Assembly: GCF_964204645.1 (NCBI RefSeq)
Contig: NC_134030.1
Location: 2,956,778-3,020,777 of the forward strand
Source: Tubulanus polymorphus
Lineage: Eukaryota > Animalia > Nemertea
Length of the DNA: 64,000 bases
Direction of reading: 5' to 3'
Shown here: positions 25,226 through 37,605 of the stretch, piece after piece
How the letters are laid out: each line of letters opens with the position of its first letter
Position numbering within the stretch: the first letter of the stretch is position 1
The notes under the pieces: generated by a model
Told to the model about the DNA's origin: nothing
Databases searched by the model: none
Seen by the model: only the letters and a program-made list of their open reading frames with translations
Program-made: the position numbers and the translations under genes

Positions 25226-27317
25226 TTAGTTTTGTTCCAGCAAACGTTGAAATTCGACAGAGAAATTGGCCCTGAAAAACAAAACGGGTTAATTGCTGAA
25301 AAATAGAACGGATTAATTAACACAGAACAGTACAGGACAGCACAGAGACAAACAGTAACACATAAAACATAAAGACGTCGTTCCTCAGGAAGCAGGAACA
25401 GGAGCAGGAGCGGGAGCGCAGCGAAAATCGCCAGGAGGAGAATCCACGGTAGCATGTTCACAGTGTGAGTAAGCTGAGGTGAATGGTCTATGCTTGTGTA
25501 CACCGTGGTCAGCCGGTGACGTATTCAATAGCGCGTGTCAGAATGATATCAACAACTCTGAAAACCCGCAATTGTGTCTCTATTGTTGAATGGATTTACA
25601 TTATGAGGATCCACCGCCGGGTTGAATACGCGCCAGTAGTCAGCTGAACAATATAGTGGAGGAAGTTTAATAAGGCCATGAAATTACTTGATTCCCAACA
25701 GCTACTTCCGAATTTATAAGCATCCGCCAGTTTTTTTTTCTTAAATTCTAGAATAATTTATAAATTATACCGACCGATAGCACTTCCAGTTCAGATTCAC
25801 ACCAACACAGGTCTTCCTATCATAGAAACCGCGTAAACATTTACTAATGAAATTAGTTTATTAGTCACGGATTCACCAAGAACCTTAGTGTCTGATGTAG
25901 GATCGTAGAGCGACGGAGATCACTGGTGGAGACAACCACTGCCAGTGCTGGGTGAAGTCACGGACAGTTCATGCACCCCGAGATAACTACCTCACATGCA
26001 CGAGGAAAGCGGTCGATTTGAGTCATTGGGGGAAAACCCACTAATACCATGTATCACGATTATTCATCATTCATACTGTTATCACAGAATCCCGTCAATA
26101 GACAGATTTTCATTTAAAAAAAACTCCTCGATTCAATTGAGGGGAGATATATGAGGCATTTTTAATTACTTGGAGATTTAATTTTATTACAATACATACT
26201 CATCAATAACAATTTTTTTCTTATCATCATAATATTCATATTATTATCTATACATTTCTATCATATTCTATCATATTTATTTTATGTATCAACGCTATAA
26301 TAAAAAATGTTTTTGGTGCCTGATGAGACTGACCTTTGAAGCCTGCTTTACACTGTTGCAAATTGGTTTTAAATCATTGACAATCATATTACGAGTCCTC
26401 GTTAACTTTTTGCCGTTTAGTGGATAAGGTTTTCGCATTTTTTGTCCTTTTTCTTAATTCGTTTAGTTTGTAACTGTCTTTGTATTATATATTTAAATTT
26501 CTCTACGCTCTTGTCCTTTGATTAAACTTCATATTCACTATTGTCTTAACTTACGATCCCCCAGTTTGACTTAATTCGTTTTGTTTGTGTGTTTTGTGTT
26601 GCATTTCTAAATTTCGCAATTTGGTTAAGCTCTCATTGTCCTTTGATCAATTCCCGTTACTTCTCCTTGATCATAGCTGAAAGATAACCAGTAGTATCAA
26701 AAAATGCAACTCTGGTCATCTTTGACTCTGGATACTCACGAAAATAGCACCTAAGTAGAACGGAAAAGAGGTTACCCATAAATATTGCCGTAATTCTGCA
26801 AATGGGATAGATGGAAATTTCGGTTATTAATCTGTCGGGTTCAGTACAGATTGATGATGGAAATAGTGAATTCCCAGAACTTTTTGCCTGGTGAGTAAGG
26901 GGTACCCACGGCTGCGGATTTAACTCTCGAATTATATTCTCAGGGTGGCCGCCTTATTAATTGCAGAATATTCACCATGAAATCTCTCGGTCCGGCCACT
27001 GACTCGACTGTCAAGTCGAGTTTGAATTGGTCGCGACTCTCAAGTGCTGCCGCAATATATTTCATTAGCAGTGAACGTGTGAACTAATTCAACAGTCCAA
27101 TAATCCTACTGCGGCATGCGAGTGACACGTTCGCGCGAACACGTTGATCCCTGCTTACCAGGGTATGATTGCCTCCGGTCGGAGTTTTCCGGCTACGTAG
27201 ACTACGATCGATTACTAAGCCTTCCCATTTTGACAGCTGTGTCGTCGTAACAAGTTTTGGAGACGGAATCCGCACATTTCTGTTGATAAGTGGCTGATTA
27301 GGGGTGTATAGTTTCAG

Positions 27318-29382
27318 ATGGGAGACACGGAGTTAACGGGAAATCTGGATGTTCTAAGAACTGACGACGTCGTTCCTAAAAAAGGGTATATTTTCATACT
27401 TTTGACACGTCATAACAAACCCTACACGCACTAATTACCGACAATAACCGAATAGCATATCGTAGAACGGTTCAAGTCCGAGCGGATCAGGTGGACGCAT
27501 TGGCCAACGGGTACAACTAAAATAACACTCTTCATCTGAAAATAACAGTTCATGAAGGTTCCAGTTTTGTGGTGTCATTGCCAACCTTCCTGGTGTAACA
27601 TAAGCCTTCTTTTTGCCATTTTAGATTTTTTGGGGCATGAAAATGCGGTCGACGAAATATTTCCTCACTTTTATAAAACATATTGTTGAAATTTTTTTGC
27701 ATCACATAAATGAATTGACAGCTGGGGCCAGTTTATAGACTAAAACCAGTTATTATATATTAGTTCTGAGGCTAATTCATTTTGCACAATCACATTGAGA
27801 GTAGGTCAGAAAACCTCTGGATTGAAGTCCCTTTTCCAGATGTAGTGGACCAGTGGCTGTTTTTGGTAGAAGTTAACCTGATAATTTTCGTATGATTTTT
27901 GTTTTCAGAATTATGGGTTCTATAAACCTGACGAACATCCAGGCTCGAGAATGGTTTCAGAAAACACGAGAAAAAGTGCAACCGTGGTCGGTGTTTTTGT
28001 CGACGAAGAAATTCAAACTGCCAAAGACGATGGCTCCGTTAGGACCGAGAATCGTAAAAAACGTCGAGAAATTTCAGGGAAATTACGTGTTCGTGTTTCT
28101 CGTACTGGTTATATTTTGTATGTAAGTAGAAATCGGCGACTAATCAAGAATACTGCCTCATTCGACGGGGTGTGCAAGAGGCTGACCTTGAAAACTCGGG
28201 GAACAACAGGGTCCGATCTAAGGAATGATAGCCACTTGCCCGAGTGGCAAGCATATCTGAAATTTTGCTTGACCCTCCAAAACAAAAGCTACTTGCCCTA
28301 CACAGGCAGTCCAATTGGTGGCACTATCATCCGTTGTATCGAGTGGGAAAAAAGTTTTGTGATATAAAATTTCACAAGCCCAGGGGACAAGTGATAATGA
28401 TTACCTACTCGCCCTGAAGAGAATAAACTTGTCCCGGGCAATCGGACAAGATCTTAGATCGGACCCCGGAACGAGGAAATCCTAGAGAATACCATAGAAA
28501 ACCCGGATATTTGACAAATTTTGTAAAAAACTCAGAGAATTCAGATGTGCTTTTGACCACTTGTCTTTATCAACACGTGATTCAAAGAAAAAATGAATGA
28601 ATTTAACATCTTAATTTCAGAAATTTCTCCATTCACCTGCCGTTGATTCACTTGGGGAATTTCTCCATTTACCGGGCGTAGAGTCACTCAGGGAATTTAT
28701 GTTTAACTTCGAAAACTCAGGGAATTTGTAAACGAAGGAAAAGAAGCCATTCTGTATGAACTGTAAAGCTTTAAGTTTGCGAGTTGCTTGAAGAATTTTG
28801 TATGATTATTTTTCAGTTTGACCTCTCCTCTACTGCTGGTAGCCATCGCTGCCTCACTCGGTGCGTGTTATATAATCTCAATTAAAAACAAAGAACAAAA
28901 ACTTAAAATTATGGGTGAGTATTGAATGAATTATCCAATTTTTCAAAAAAGTACTTGAACAATCTCGTCGTCACTTTTTGTTTGGGTTTTTGCAGGTTTG
29001 ATTTGTTTTAAACATTTTTCCTCTTCTTTTTAGGTCATGAATTAACATTAGTGCAACAATACGCAGCAGTAGGAGTGACATCTATTCCTCTGTTCTGGTT
29101 AGTGGGTGCTGGTACAGCTGTGTTCTGGGTTATAGGTAAGACACACGTCGTTTAAAATGTTCCACTGGACCCTGTCCACTGTTAAATTAGTTCATTTTTA
29201 ATGATTAATTCTCGAGTCAAATCTTGACTCCGAACAGCTAGATGAATTTGACGAAAGAACTTCGTTGAAATGAATCTTGTCGATTTTTAGGGGCGTCATT
29301 TTTCACGATTATGCTGCACGCGTCGATGTACACTGCTGAAGAGGACGATGCATTTGAAGAATTACAAATGGAAGAAGTATAG
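27318..29382 (+). CDS. RABAC1: Prenylated Rab acceptor 1 (PRA1 family), 190 aa
   Basis: Exons 27318-27385, 27909-28121, 28817-28914, 29034-29135, 29291-29382. QPWSVF...RIVKNVEKFQGNYVFVFL, LTSPLLLVAIA, GAGTAVFWVIGAS, LHAS; C-terminus EELQMEEV. Confidence 0.95.
28208..28469. mobile_element. CAGGG-terminated non-autonomous DNA transposon (same family as 18139-18389)
   Basis: CAGGGTCCGATCTAAG...CTTAGATCGGACCCCG terminal inverted repeats. Confidence 0.7.
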
Positions 29383-30202
29383 AACCATTATGAACAACCG
29401 TATTAAATGGAAATGTGATAAATGTTTGGAAATGTTCTCACTGACCCTCTCTCAGCCAGGCTCAATCAGTCGATCAAAATGTGGCAATTCATGGCTGTGT
29501 TACGGTCATCCTCGCTTGCCTCTCGTTAAACCTCGTGTTAGCCTCGGCGGGAGGCAAGCGAGTTCCGTTCAAAGATTAATGTACTAACAGGTGTAAGCAA
29601 CGAAGGTGGGAGGGTTAATACTTGTTCGTAGATGTACGTACTATGGGCTGGATGGATATTCATTCTTATATTTTACACATCACACTTTCAAACGTGAGGT
29701 TTATATGATAATTGGCTGTTTCTGGAGTAAATGTTGTAGGTACAATGAACTTAAAATATGGAATATTTTCTTGTATTTAAATAAATGAATATTTATAGAC
29801 TTATATCTGGTCTTTCGCTCAATTTCATGTCTCGTTCAAAGGTCTAGAGCTGTGTTGCATTGTTTTGCAAAGTATTTTCAAATGAGTTCGATGTAGAATC
29901 CATTTAATGTAAAATTCTAGCTTTCCATGAAGTCCATTGATACAATAAGAGGTTTGTTTAAACGGGTTTATTTCAGTATTAATCAGACAGAACCCACAAA
30001 ATACATGAGACTGTATTCAGTATTTCTACAATTTCACTTCAAACTTTCATCTAAAATACATATCACAGTCTGAGTAAAAACAAATTGCAAAGAAGACTTA
30101 TTCTTTAGACACAACGCTAAATGCCACGTGTTTTAAACTCCTTAGTATATCTACTATCTCGCAGTTCAAACTAAAGCACATATTCGTACAGTATGTACAA
30201 CA

Positions 30203-33200
30203 CTATTTACACTGTTCAGTTGTTATTCTTGTGCTCGCGTATTTTGAATTATTTCGTCGATTCAAAGCTTCGCAAATAAAATTGCCGGCGAACATAACTT
30301 GCTCCAAATTCACACCCTGAAAATAACATACAAATGCATAAACCTACGACAAAGTTATTTAGCACTCGAGGGAACTTCCTTATCCTGATAATTTGAAGAG
30401 ATGTTCTACGTACCGTTTGTATTCCGAGTCCATTTAATAAATAAAGCACATCTTCGGTTGAAACATTACCCGACGCGCCGGGAGCGTACGGACATCCACC
30501 GAGACCTGCTACTGAACTATCAACAACTGATACTCCCATCTACAATATAATCAAATGAAACGACGCCATCAGGGGAGGGTAAACTTCAACAACTGACAAT
30601 CTGTTACCACTATTGTCCAGCATGTTGTGGACTCCTCATAGTCACTATTGTCAAATGAATATTGACTTTCCAGTGAAGCCTAGATAATCTGATTTTCCAT
30701 GCATGCTGATGAAATGTATTGCGTGTGTATGAAAGGGCTGCTCATGTACAGCTAAAGGCTTCCAAGTAAACTCCAGTAGATACTATTTACCCCAGGGACC
30801 AGTTCCATAGTTATAGCTTAGATCTAAGACCATCTTAATTCTATAGCCAATCTAAAAACATTTTTAGATTTATGACCGATTTATTTTATCCTCACTGGAA
30901 CCGGCCCCTGGATTGATTGCCTCAGATTATAGCATGCCCTGCCTGACTATATTACAAATTTTCTCATTTCAATGCAGTGTGATAACTCTCCTAATGTCTA
31001 TTTCAATTAGACTTGAGAACATTCCGGGTGGCCTAGCTCGCTCATTTTGGGTAGTACATACCTGATAAAGGTCTAAGTATGACCAGAAAGGACAGGCAGT
31101 CGACCTTAAACATCGTTTTTTAATCCATTTGAAACTGTATTGAAGGATATCTAAAAAGTCTTTATTGAAAGGGGTCCATGAGAGAAAATAGACTCCATTA
31201 TTTGAAAGTTTAACCATGTCTCCATGCCTACCAACTGAAGTTTGGTGTGTAGGCATGGAAACATTGTTAAACTTTCAAATCATGGAGTCACTTCTCTTCA
31301 TTTAACCCCTTTCAGTGAAGACTTTTTGGATATCCTTCAAACGGTTTCAAATGGATTAAAAAATGATGATTTAGGTCGACTGCCAGTCCTGTCTGGCCCT
31401 ACAAAGACCTTTATCAGGTATGTACTACCAAAAATGAGCGAGCTAGGCAATCCGGAATGCTCTCAAGTCAGGTTGAAATAGACATTAGAATTCATATTGG
31501 TTCTGTAAGATCGGAGGTGAGCAGTGTCTATTGTATAGATGATTACTAACCTGTAGAGATGCGTATATATTTGCTATAGCTTGACCGTACGTATCATGAC
31601 AGTGAATGGCTAATTTATTCAACGGTACTCGAGATCCTACTTCCTCGATCATCCGCTTGATGGCGCCGGGGGTACCGACTCCGATCGTATCTCCGAGTGA
31701 TATCTCGTGGCAACCTAAATCGTACAATCGCTTAGCAACCTGAAATCACAAATGAAATTAACTTTTCGTCGAAATTCGCTTCAATTCATTTCGATGTTCA
31801 ATGGTTTGAAAATTAATACCTCTGCAACCGATTCGGGTTTGATTTCACCTTCGTAAGGACAGCCGACTACACATGACACATAACTGTGCAAATTAAATCA
31901 AAAATCAGAAAATCTTTTACGGGACTTTAGGCTGTACACAATAGGTGTCAGCACTAATGAACATTTGGGACATAAAACCACAGTTGATGATTTAACAATT
32001 TATTTTCTGACAATTTCAAACTTCAACAACAGAGATACAAAAATCTCTGATGATTTTTCATATCTCTGATGATGAAGTTCGGTTGAAACTTCAAAACTGT
32101 CAGAAAATAAACTGTTAAATCATCAACTGTGTATATTGTTCTCATTAGTGCTGACATCTATTGCTGAGATATCGAGATCAATATCAGTCATGTGTCCGCA
32201 CAATCTCAACTTTACCCTCGAACCGGCATCTTATCAGACAACGCATTTTCCATCAGTTTTTCAAAACGTTGAATGCTTTCTTTTATCGAGCAGTTTGTGT
32301 TCTTCCTGCAAACAGAATTAACGCCCCAAGTATTGAGCGAGAGCACTGGAACTTGCAGACCCAGCAATTCCATATCTCAGTTGAGTCCGAACTAGAGTTT
32401 CAAACAGACTTCGTTCTAATAACTTACTGTGAAAATGCTTCAGATGCGGCTAGGAAAACTGCCACTTCATTCGCGTTAGCATTTTTCTTTAAAAAAATGG
32501 AAAGGAAAATCAGCCTCCAATGATGTTATATTGAAATGCTCCACATACACGTTTTAAAGGAGAAACTTACTGCGGCAGTATAGCCTTTAACATTAGGAGT
32601 TAAAGCACTGTACGTCACTCCCGGCTTGCGAGTGATTTCATTCATTACAGCGTCGTGATCAGCCATCTGCGGAACCCATTTAGGAGATACAAAACTCGTG
32701 GCCTGAAAAATTAAGTGGTAGACCTAGAGGTTAAGATGTCACTCAGTATAACTAGTACCACATAGCCCCAGGTGACCTAAAGTGCAGCCTTTCTTAATTC
32801 GTTTCTGTCTAACTGCAGTTTAGGTCACCTTTCTACTGTGTGGCACTAGTGTCATTAAAGAATAGTGTTATGGTTAGGTTAGGTACATAACCATTAGGGA
32901 CACCTAAACAGCAGTCGCTCCTTGGTTTTTTGCAAAGATTTGTAGACAGATTCTCATTATTTTTCTATGCGAATCAAAACCAATATGATAATGCCTCTTC
33001 AAAAGAACACTTGGCCTTATTCTAGCCTAGTCTAGTATCTAACTGTTCTTCCCTAAATTGTAGTGGAACCTGTAAATCGTCTGGTATTCACACTTAAATC
33101 CTGTAGACATAGTCGTACCTCAATAAAAGTGAGGCCAGTTTCCGAAAGTTTGTTAATAAAATCTATTTTGGTTGCGGTTTTCACAGATTTTTCATTTTGT

Positions 33201-33497
33201 AATCCATCTCTTGGTCCGACTTCCACGATCTTCACAAAACCTGGCAGTCCGTCCTTCTACAAGTGAAGATTTGATTTGAATTGAATTTGCTCGATTAGAA
33301 AATTTTTACGGCGATTTTTGAAGTCAAGTTGTACACTACAGATAGATTTAACCATTGAAGTACAATTTATCCAACAGAATTATTACACTTACAGTTACGT
33401 TTGTGCTTTGAAATCTCAAATGAGCTCGAGAAAGCGCTGATTTTGGCAAAAATGTCGATATTTTTATCCAAATCGACCGAACACTGGGCGCCGCCAT
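30203..33497 (-). CDS. HMGCL: Hydroxymethylglutaryl-CoA lyase, mitochondrial, 338 aa
   Basis: Exons 33497-33393, 33256-33119, 32702-32571, 32486-32428, 32305-32216, 31883-31820, 31739-31551, 30539-30414, 30316-30203. [59 protein letters not shown]; Arg/Ser-rich transit peptide. Confidence 0.97.
30991..31488. mobile_element. Foldback MITE, about 500 bp, nearly fully palindromic
   Basis: CTAATGTCTATTTCAA...TTGAAATAGACATTAG; arms of about 240 bp meet at about 31240; lies in HMGCL intron 7. Confidence 0.85.
31940..32163. mobile_element. Palindromic MITE in HMGCL intron 5
   Basis: CAATAGGTGTCAGCACTAATGA...TCATTAGTGCTGACATCTATTG with internal inverted ACAGTTGATGATTTAACA / TGTTAAATCATCAACTGT. Confidence 0.8.
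32752..32850. repeat. Short inverted repeat (MITE-like) in HMGCL intron 2
   Basis: CTAGTACCACATAG...AGGTGACCTAAAGTGCAG / CTGCAGTTTAGGTCACCT...CTGTGTGGCACTAG. Confidence 0.65.
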
Positions 33498-35297
33498 ATT
33501 GGAAAACGCATGCCAGTGCCGGTGAATCCTAAGGAACAACTCGAATCCCACATTTTCACTTCCTCGAAAATGTATGCAAATTAATGCAAATGAACGGAAT
33601 CGGGACATGGTGTTCAACGCGGACCCGTCAGTATCTTCGGACCTCATGCTGCTTCCTTACATCATCACATCATGTTTATGCCACATCGTCGCTCCTCAAA
33701 CGTTGTGTAGGGAACCGTAACAACGACTGGTATTCACACCAAGCCCTGGCAGTGGAGTTGTCTCCACAGTGATCTACGTTGCCCTACGATCCTAGTGTAC
33801 CCACTGTGGTACATCAGACACTATAAGGTTCTTGGTGAAGTTTAGGCCTACGTTGAAATTCTCACTGCGGTTAACCGTTTAAAGAAATTTGATGGTTGAT
33901 ATTCGTGTTATATATATATATTAGTTCTTCGCGTGTATGATAACGGTTGAAGACTGGGTCTTTATGTTCTTGATTATTGCACTGCGTTGCAAACAGAGCG
34001 ACGTTGTATCTTAGTAATCCTCTTATAGGCTACATTTTTATCATTGTTTGATCCAAAAACTTTCAATCCCCTACAATCGCATTATGACAATTCCAAAACA
34101 CCTTGCAATAATATCATACAATCTATTGATTGATAATTCACTTTTTTGAAATCTTGAAAACAAATGACAATAACTTAAACTGAAAGATATATATTTCTAT
34201 AATAGCGGAAAGCATTTTTTCCAGGCCACAGACCTTTACATCTGTTTGTCGGCTATAAACTACTAGGCGCTCGTATAACTGACAATGTAACCTCATATTA
34301 CGAGCAATTACCAGTAATTAGTTGGCTATTACGCCGATGACGAGTGCGTAGTAGAATAGTGCAATCCTGAAGTATTTCGCAGCAGCAATTACGACCATTT
34401 AACGAAAGGTCATACCTATTTAGTAAACCTTTGTTACCGACACAGATGAAATCTCGCTAGTACTGTCAAAATTACTATTTTTGAATTGTGTTTTTATATG
34501 TAAGACTTATTCACCCGCGACGACGTGAAAATCATGGCTTATTTTGGAATATCCGTTATATAACTGATGAAGATTTGAGAAATGGCAACAAGTAACCGAA
34601 CATGTTTTCTGTTCGTACTGATTATGCAAACGGGTTTTATTCGAATGAATAAGTTTGACACAAATATCGGTAAGTTTCCTGCAAATTCATTCAAATCAGA
34701 TTCGATTAGAAAGCTATATGTTGCCCTGTCTATCAAATTGTTTATTTGAGATTTGGAAGCAGAACTATGGAATCTACCACAGTTACACGGTCATGTCAAG
34801 GTGAGAGAGAATGCTCAAATGTTCTGGTGGTTTTTCAACACAACATCCGACATCACTTCTACGACCAGAAAACCGCTGATCTTGTGGATCCAGGTAAGAA
34901 ATGCATTGTGACGACTGGCTCTTTCCATCGTCTTAAATCCATAAAAACAATGTCACCATGGTAGAATTCGAATCAGCTGGGTGTATCGATTCTCAAAATA
35001 GATATGTTCGTCCATTATGTTCCCTTCTATTGTTCTACTTACCTGGGACTGCTTCGTCGTTGGAACTACTGTATTCGGTAACGCTATTGGATCATTTCTG
35101 CCTCTAAGGTGTCAGATTTTTATTTTTACAATAAACCAGCACGCTTATAGAGTCGAAATAGCAGCAAGGTTCTACATTTCATTTACAGAGTAATGGATTT
35201 GTATAATTTAAGATATACGTATTCTGACTCCGATAAGAAACGATTAAGTTGGATGGTGGCTAAAATGTGTCATTCGAATGAATTTGTTTAAATGCTC

Positions 35298-35846
35298 TCA
35301 AAAGATACCAGAAACAAAATGAAGAAGTTGATATGTGGCGATTATTCGAAAATGGAAACGAATTCCTGTAAATATTGAAAATAAATTACATTCTACTACC
35401 TTGTAATTTCTTGCATTCTCCCGTCGATAAAATAAAGAAGTTCGACTTAGTGCGAATTCTACTAATTCTGCGGTAGTATCTTTCGCAGTATTCATTCTTT
35501 ATATCGTACAAAACGGCATAACATTTGTGATTTTTAAAACATGTGCGTTCGCATGCTTCAATGGTAGGAATCTTAGTTTTGCTCTGTTTCCTTTTTCTAG
35601 TAGGAATTCCATATTTCCTAGTTGTCGTACATATTTTCCCATCTATACGGAAAAACAAAGTTATTGTAAGCCATCTTAATTTTATGTTTTAAAATAGTTA
35701 TAAAACAAATGTGCAGATTTTTCATTCCGAGGTTGGGAATGAAAACAAATCTTACCTTCGATGTACGTTGGACATATCACATGACGAAATTCTACGACAA
35801 ACATTGCCACGTAAAAAAGTGTTGAAACATAGCCTGAAATTTGCAT
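35298..35846 (-). CDS. Small secreted cationic PAN/apple-like protein A (about 133 aa)
   Basis: Exons 35846-35756 (signal MQISGYVSTLFYVAMFVVEF...), 35642-35400 (C-x25-C-x3-C-x5-C-x11-C-x23-C), 35365-35298 (last exon less certain). Paralogue of 36620-37139. Confidence 0.75.
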
Positions 35847-36619
35847 CCTCGAGCACGTTGTAATTACTACTAAACTGTAAGTTTGTGAACCAAACTTTAT
35901 CCTATCTTGGATACAAAGGCGCTTCTCTTGGAAACACTCACCGTCTTGTCTCGAACAACGTATAGATTTTCCAGTTAACAACCCGAGGCAGTGAACGAAA
36001 AGAATCTTTTTATCATGTAATCATTTGACGAATTTCACCAATATTTACAGCAAATCGTGGAAAAACAAAATTGTACAGTAAGGTCAAGCGTTATGGTGGT
36101 TCTTAAAGCCAATCTAACAGCATGGGCTAACTAATGTGTATCGGCATTCTTGATTTAAAGCTATTTAGGTTAGCTTTCAAATCGTTAATCAAAGATTTGG
36201 AAGCAGAAAAATGTGAAATCTACCGCAGTGACGCAATTATGTCAAAGGTCAGAGAAAAGGCTCGAATATACTGGTGGTTTTACAACGCAACATTCGACCT
36301 CACTTCAGCAATAAAGGAAAAGTTGGGATTCACTATTAATATACAGAAAGTCACTACAAAATCTCGAAACACATAAAAACACATTTCATCTAGAAACACA
36401 TAAAAAGAATGACAGATCAAAGAAGAATCGGGATCAACCGGATGTAACTCTTTTGAAGAGAGAACTGTTTTTATTTCCATAATTTCACTTACCCGTGATT
36501 ACATTTTTTCATTGGAACAAGTGAATTCGGTAACACGCGTTAATGGAATATAATTACCTCTCCAGTGTTTCATGTGTATTTGTCAACATGAAATCTGTTT
36601 TTTTTATTGAGCCGAAATA

Positions 36620-37139
36620 TCAGCAGAAGCAATGCACTATAAACAGTTTATTTACAGTTATGTATTTGTATCATTTAAGATTTGTGACATTTTCCTACCT
36701 TGTGATTTGTTGCATTCTTTTGTCGATAAGATGAATAAAGTTTCATTGCGACTTTCGGTAAAATTTTTGCGGTAGTGTTTTTCGCAGTATTTATTCTTTA
36801 TATCATACACCACAATCCGACAATTTCCTTTTCGAATGCACCTGCGTTCACATGCTTCAACATTAGGAACTTTCTTGTTTTTTTTCAATTGTCTAGAAGG
36901 AATTCCATATTTTCGAGATACCGTACAGTTTTTCCCATCTACACAGAAAAACAGTTCGTAATCTACCCATACGAAAATCGTTTCAAAATATTTTGAGAAC
37001 AAATTTGCAAATTTCCAGTTCAAGATTGTGAGTAAAAAGAAACCCTACCTTTAACGTACGTTGGACATATAACTCGTCGAAATTTTATGAAGAATATTAG
37101 CACGAAAAATACTATATAAACATAGCCTGAAGTTCGCAT
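36620..37139 (-). CDS. Small secreted cationic PAN/apple-like protein B (about 115 aa)
   Basis: Exons 37139-37049 (MRTSGYVYIVFFVLIFFIKF...), 36938-36699 (six Cys, EACERRC..C..YDIKNKYC), 36636-36620 (VHCFC*, then AATAAA). Same exon phases as gene A. Confidence 0.75.
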
Positions 37140-37349
37140 CTTGATCGAATGCGGTTATTAAACTGCAAGTTGTGAGCCCGAAACACCGTATGATTGTTTC
37201 TTAGCGACAAAGACGCTTCTATTGGAAACATCCACCGTCTTCCAGTAATGTATGGATTTTCTTTGAAACTTGTAAAAACCGAAATGAGCGAGAAGAATAT
37301 TTTTTCAACGTGACAAACGTTCAATCTAAAACGCTAATCCGCACGTGAC

Positions 37350-37605
37350 AAACTTTACCGATAGAACGATAACCACACTCAAACGTGGTGAACGGATAAT
37401 AAGATAAAATCCCACTATTTACAGATTAATAGAATTTTGAAAACCAGAATTTATTTATTAAATCTAAAATCCCTAGACGATGATCTCTAGGGTGAGATCG
37501 AAACGTCGTGTCTTTTATATATTTTAGATTTAATAAATAAATTCTGGTTTTTAAATTCTTTTAATCTGTAAATAGTGGGATTTTATCTTATTAAACTTTA
37601 CCGAT
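37350..37605. mobile_element. Penelope-like remnant: inverted 74-bp tail around a hammerhead core, with 13-bp target duplication
   Basis: AAACTTTACCGAT at 37350 and 37593; inverted arms 37397-37470 and 37520-37593; centre CTAGACGA-T-GATCTC-TAGGGT-GAGATC-GAAACGTC. Confidence 0.65.

Noticed and set aside
26319-26345. CTGATGAG as a hammerhead core (similar cases at about 48, 32068, 58840)
   Set aside because: No closing stem II followed by GAAA.
30969-31481. Two similar ORFs on opposite strands
   Set aside because: They are the two arms of the foldback MITE.
35043-35103. Minus-strand 61-nt exon extending PAN gene A
   Set aside because: Open only in phase 2, which does not match the available phase-1 donors.
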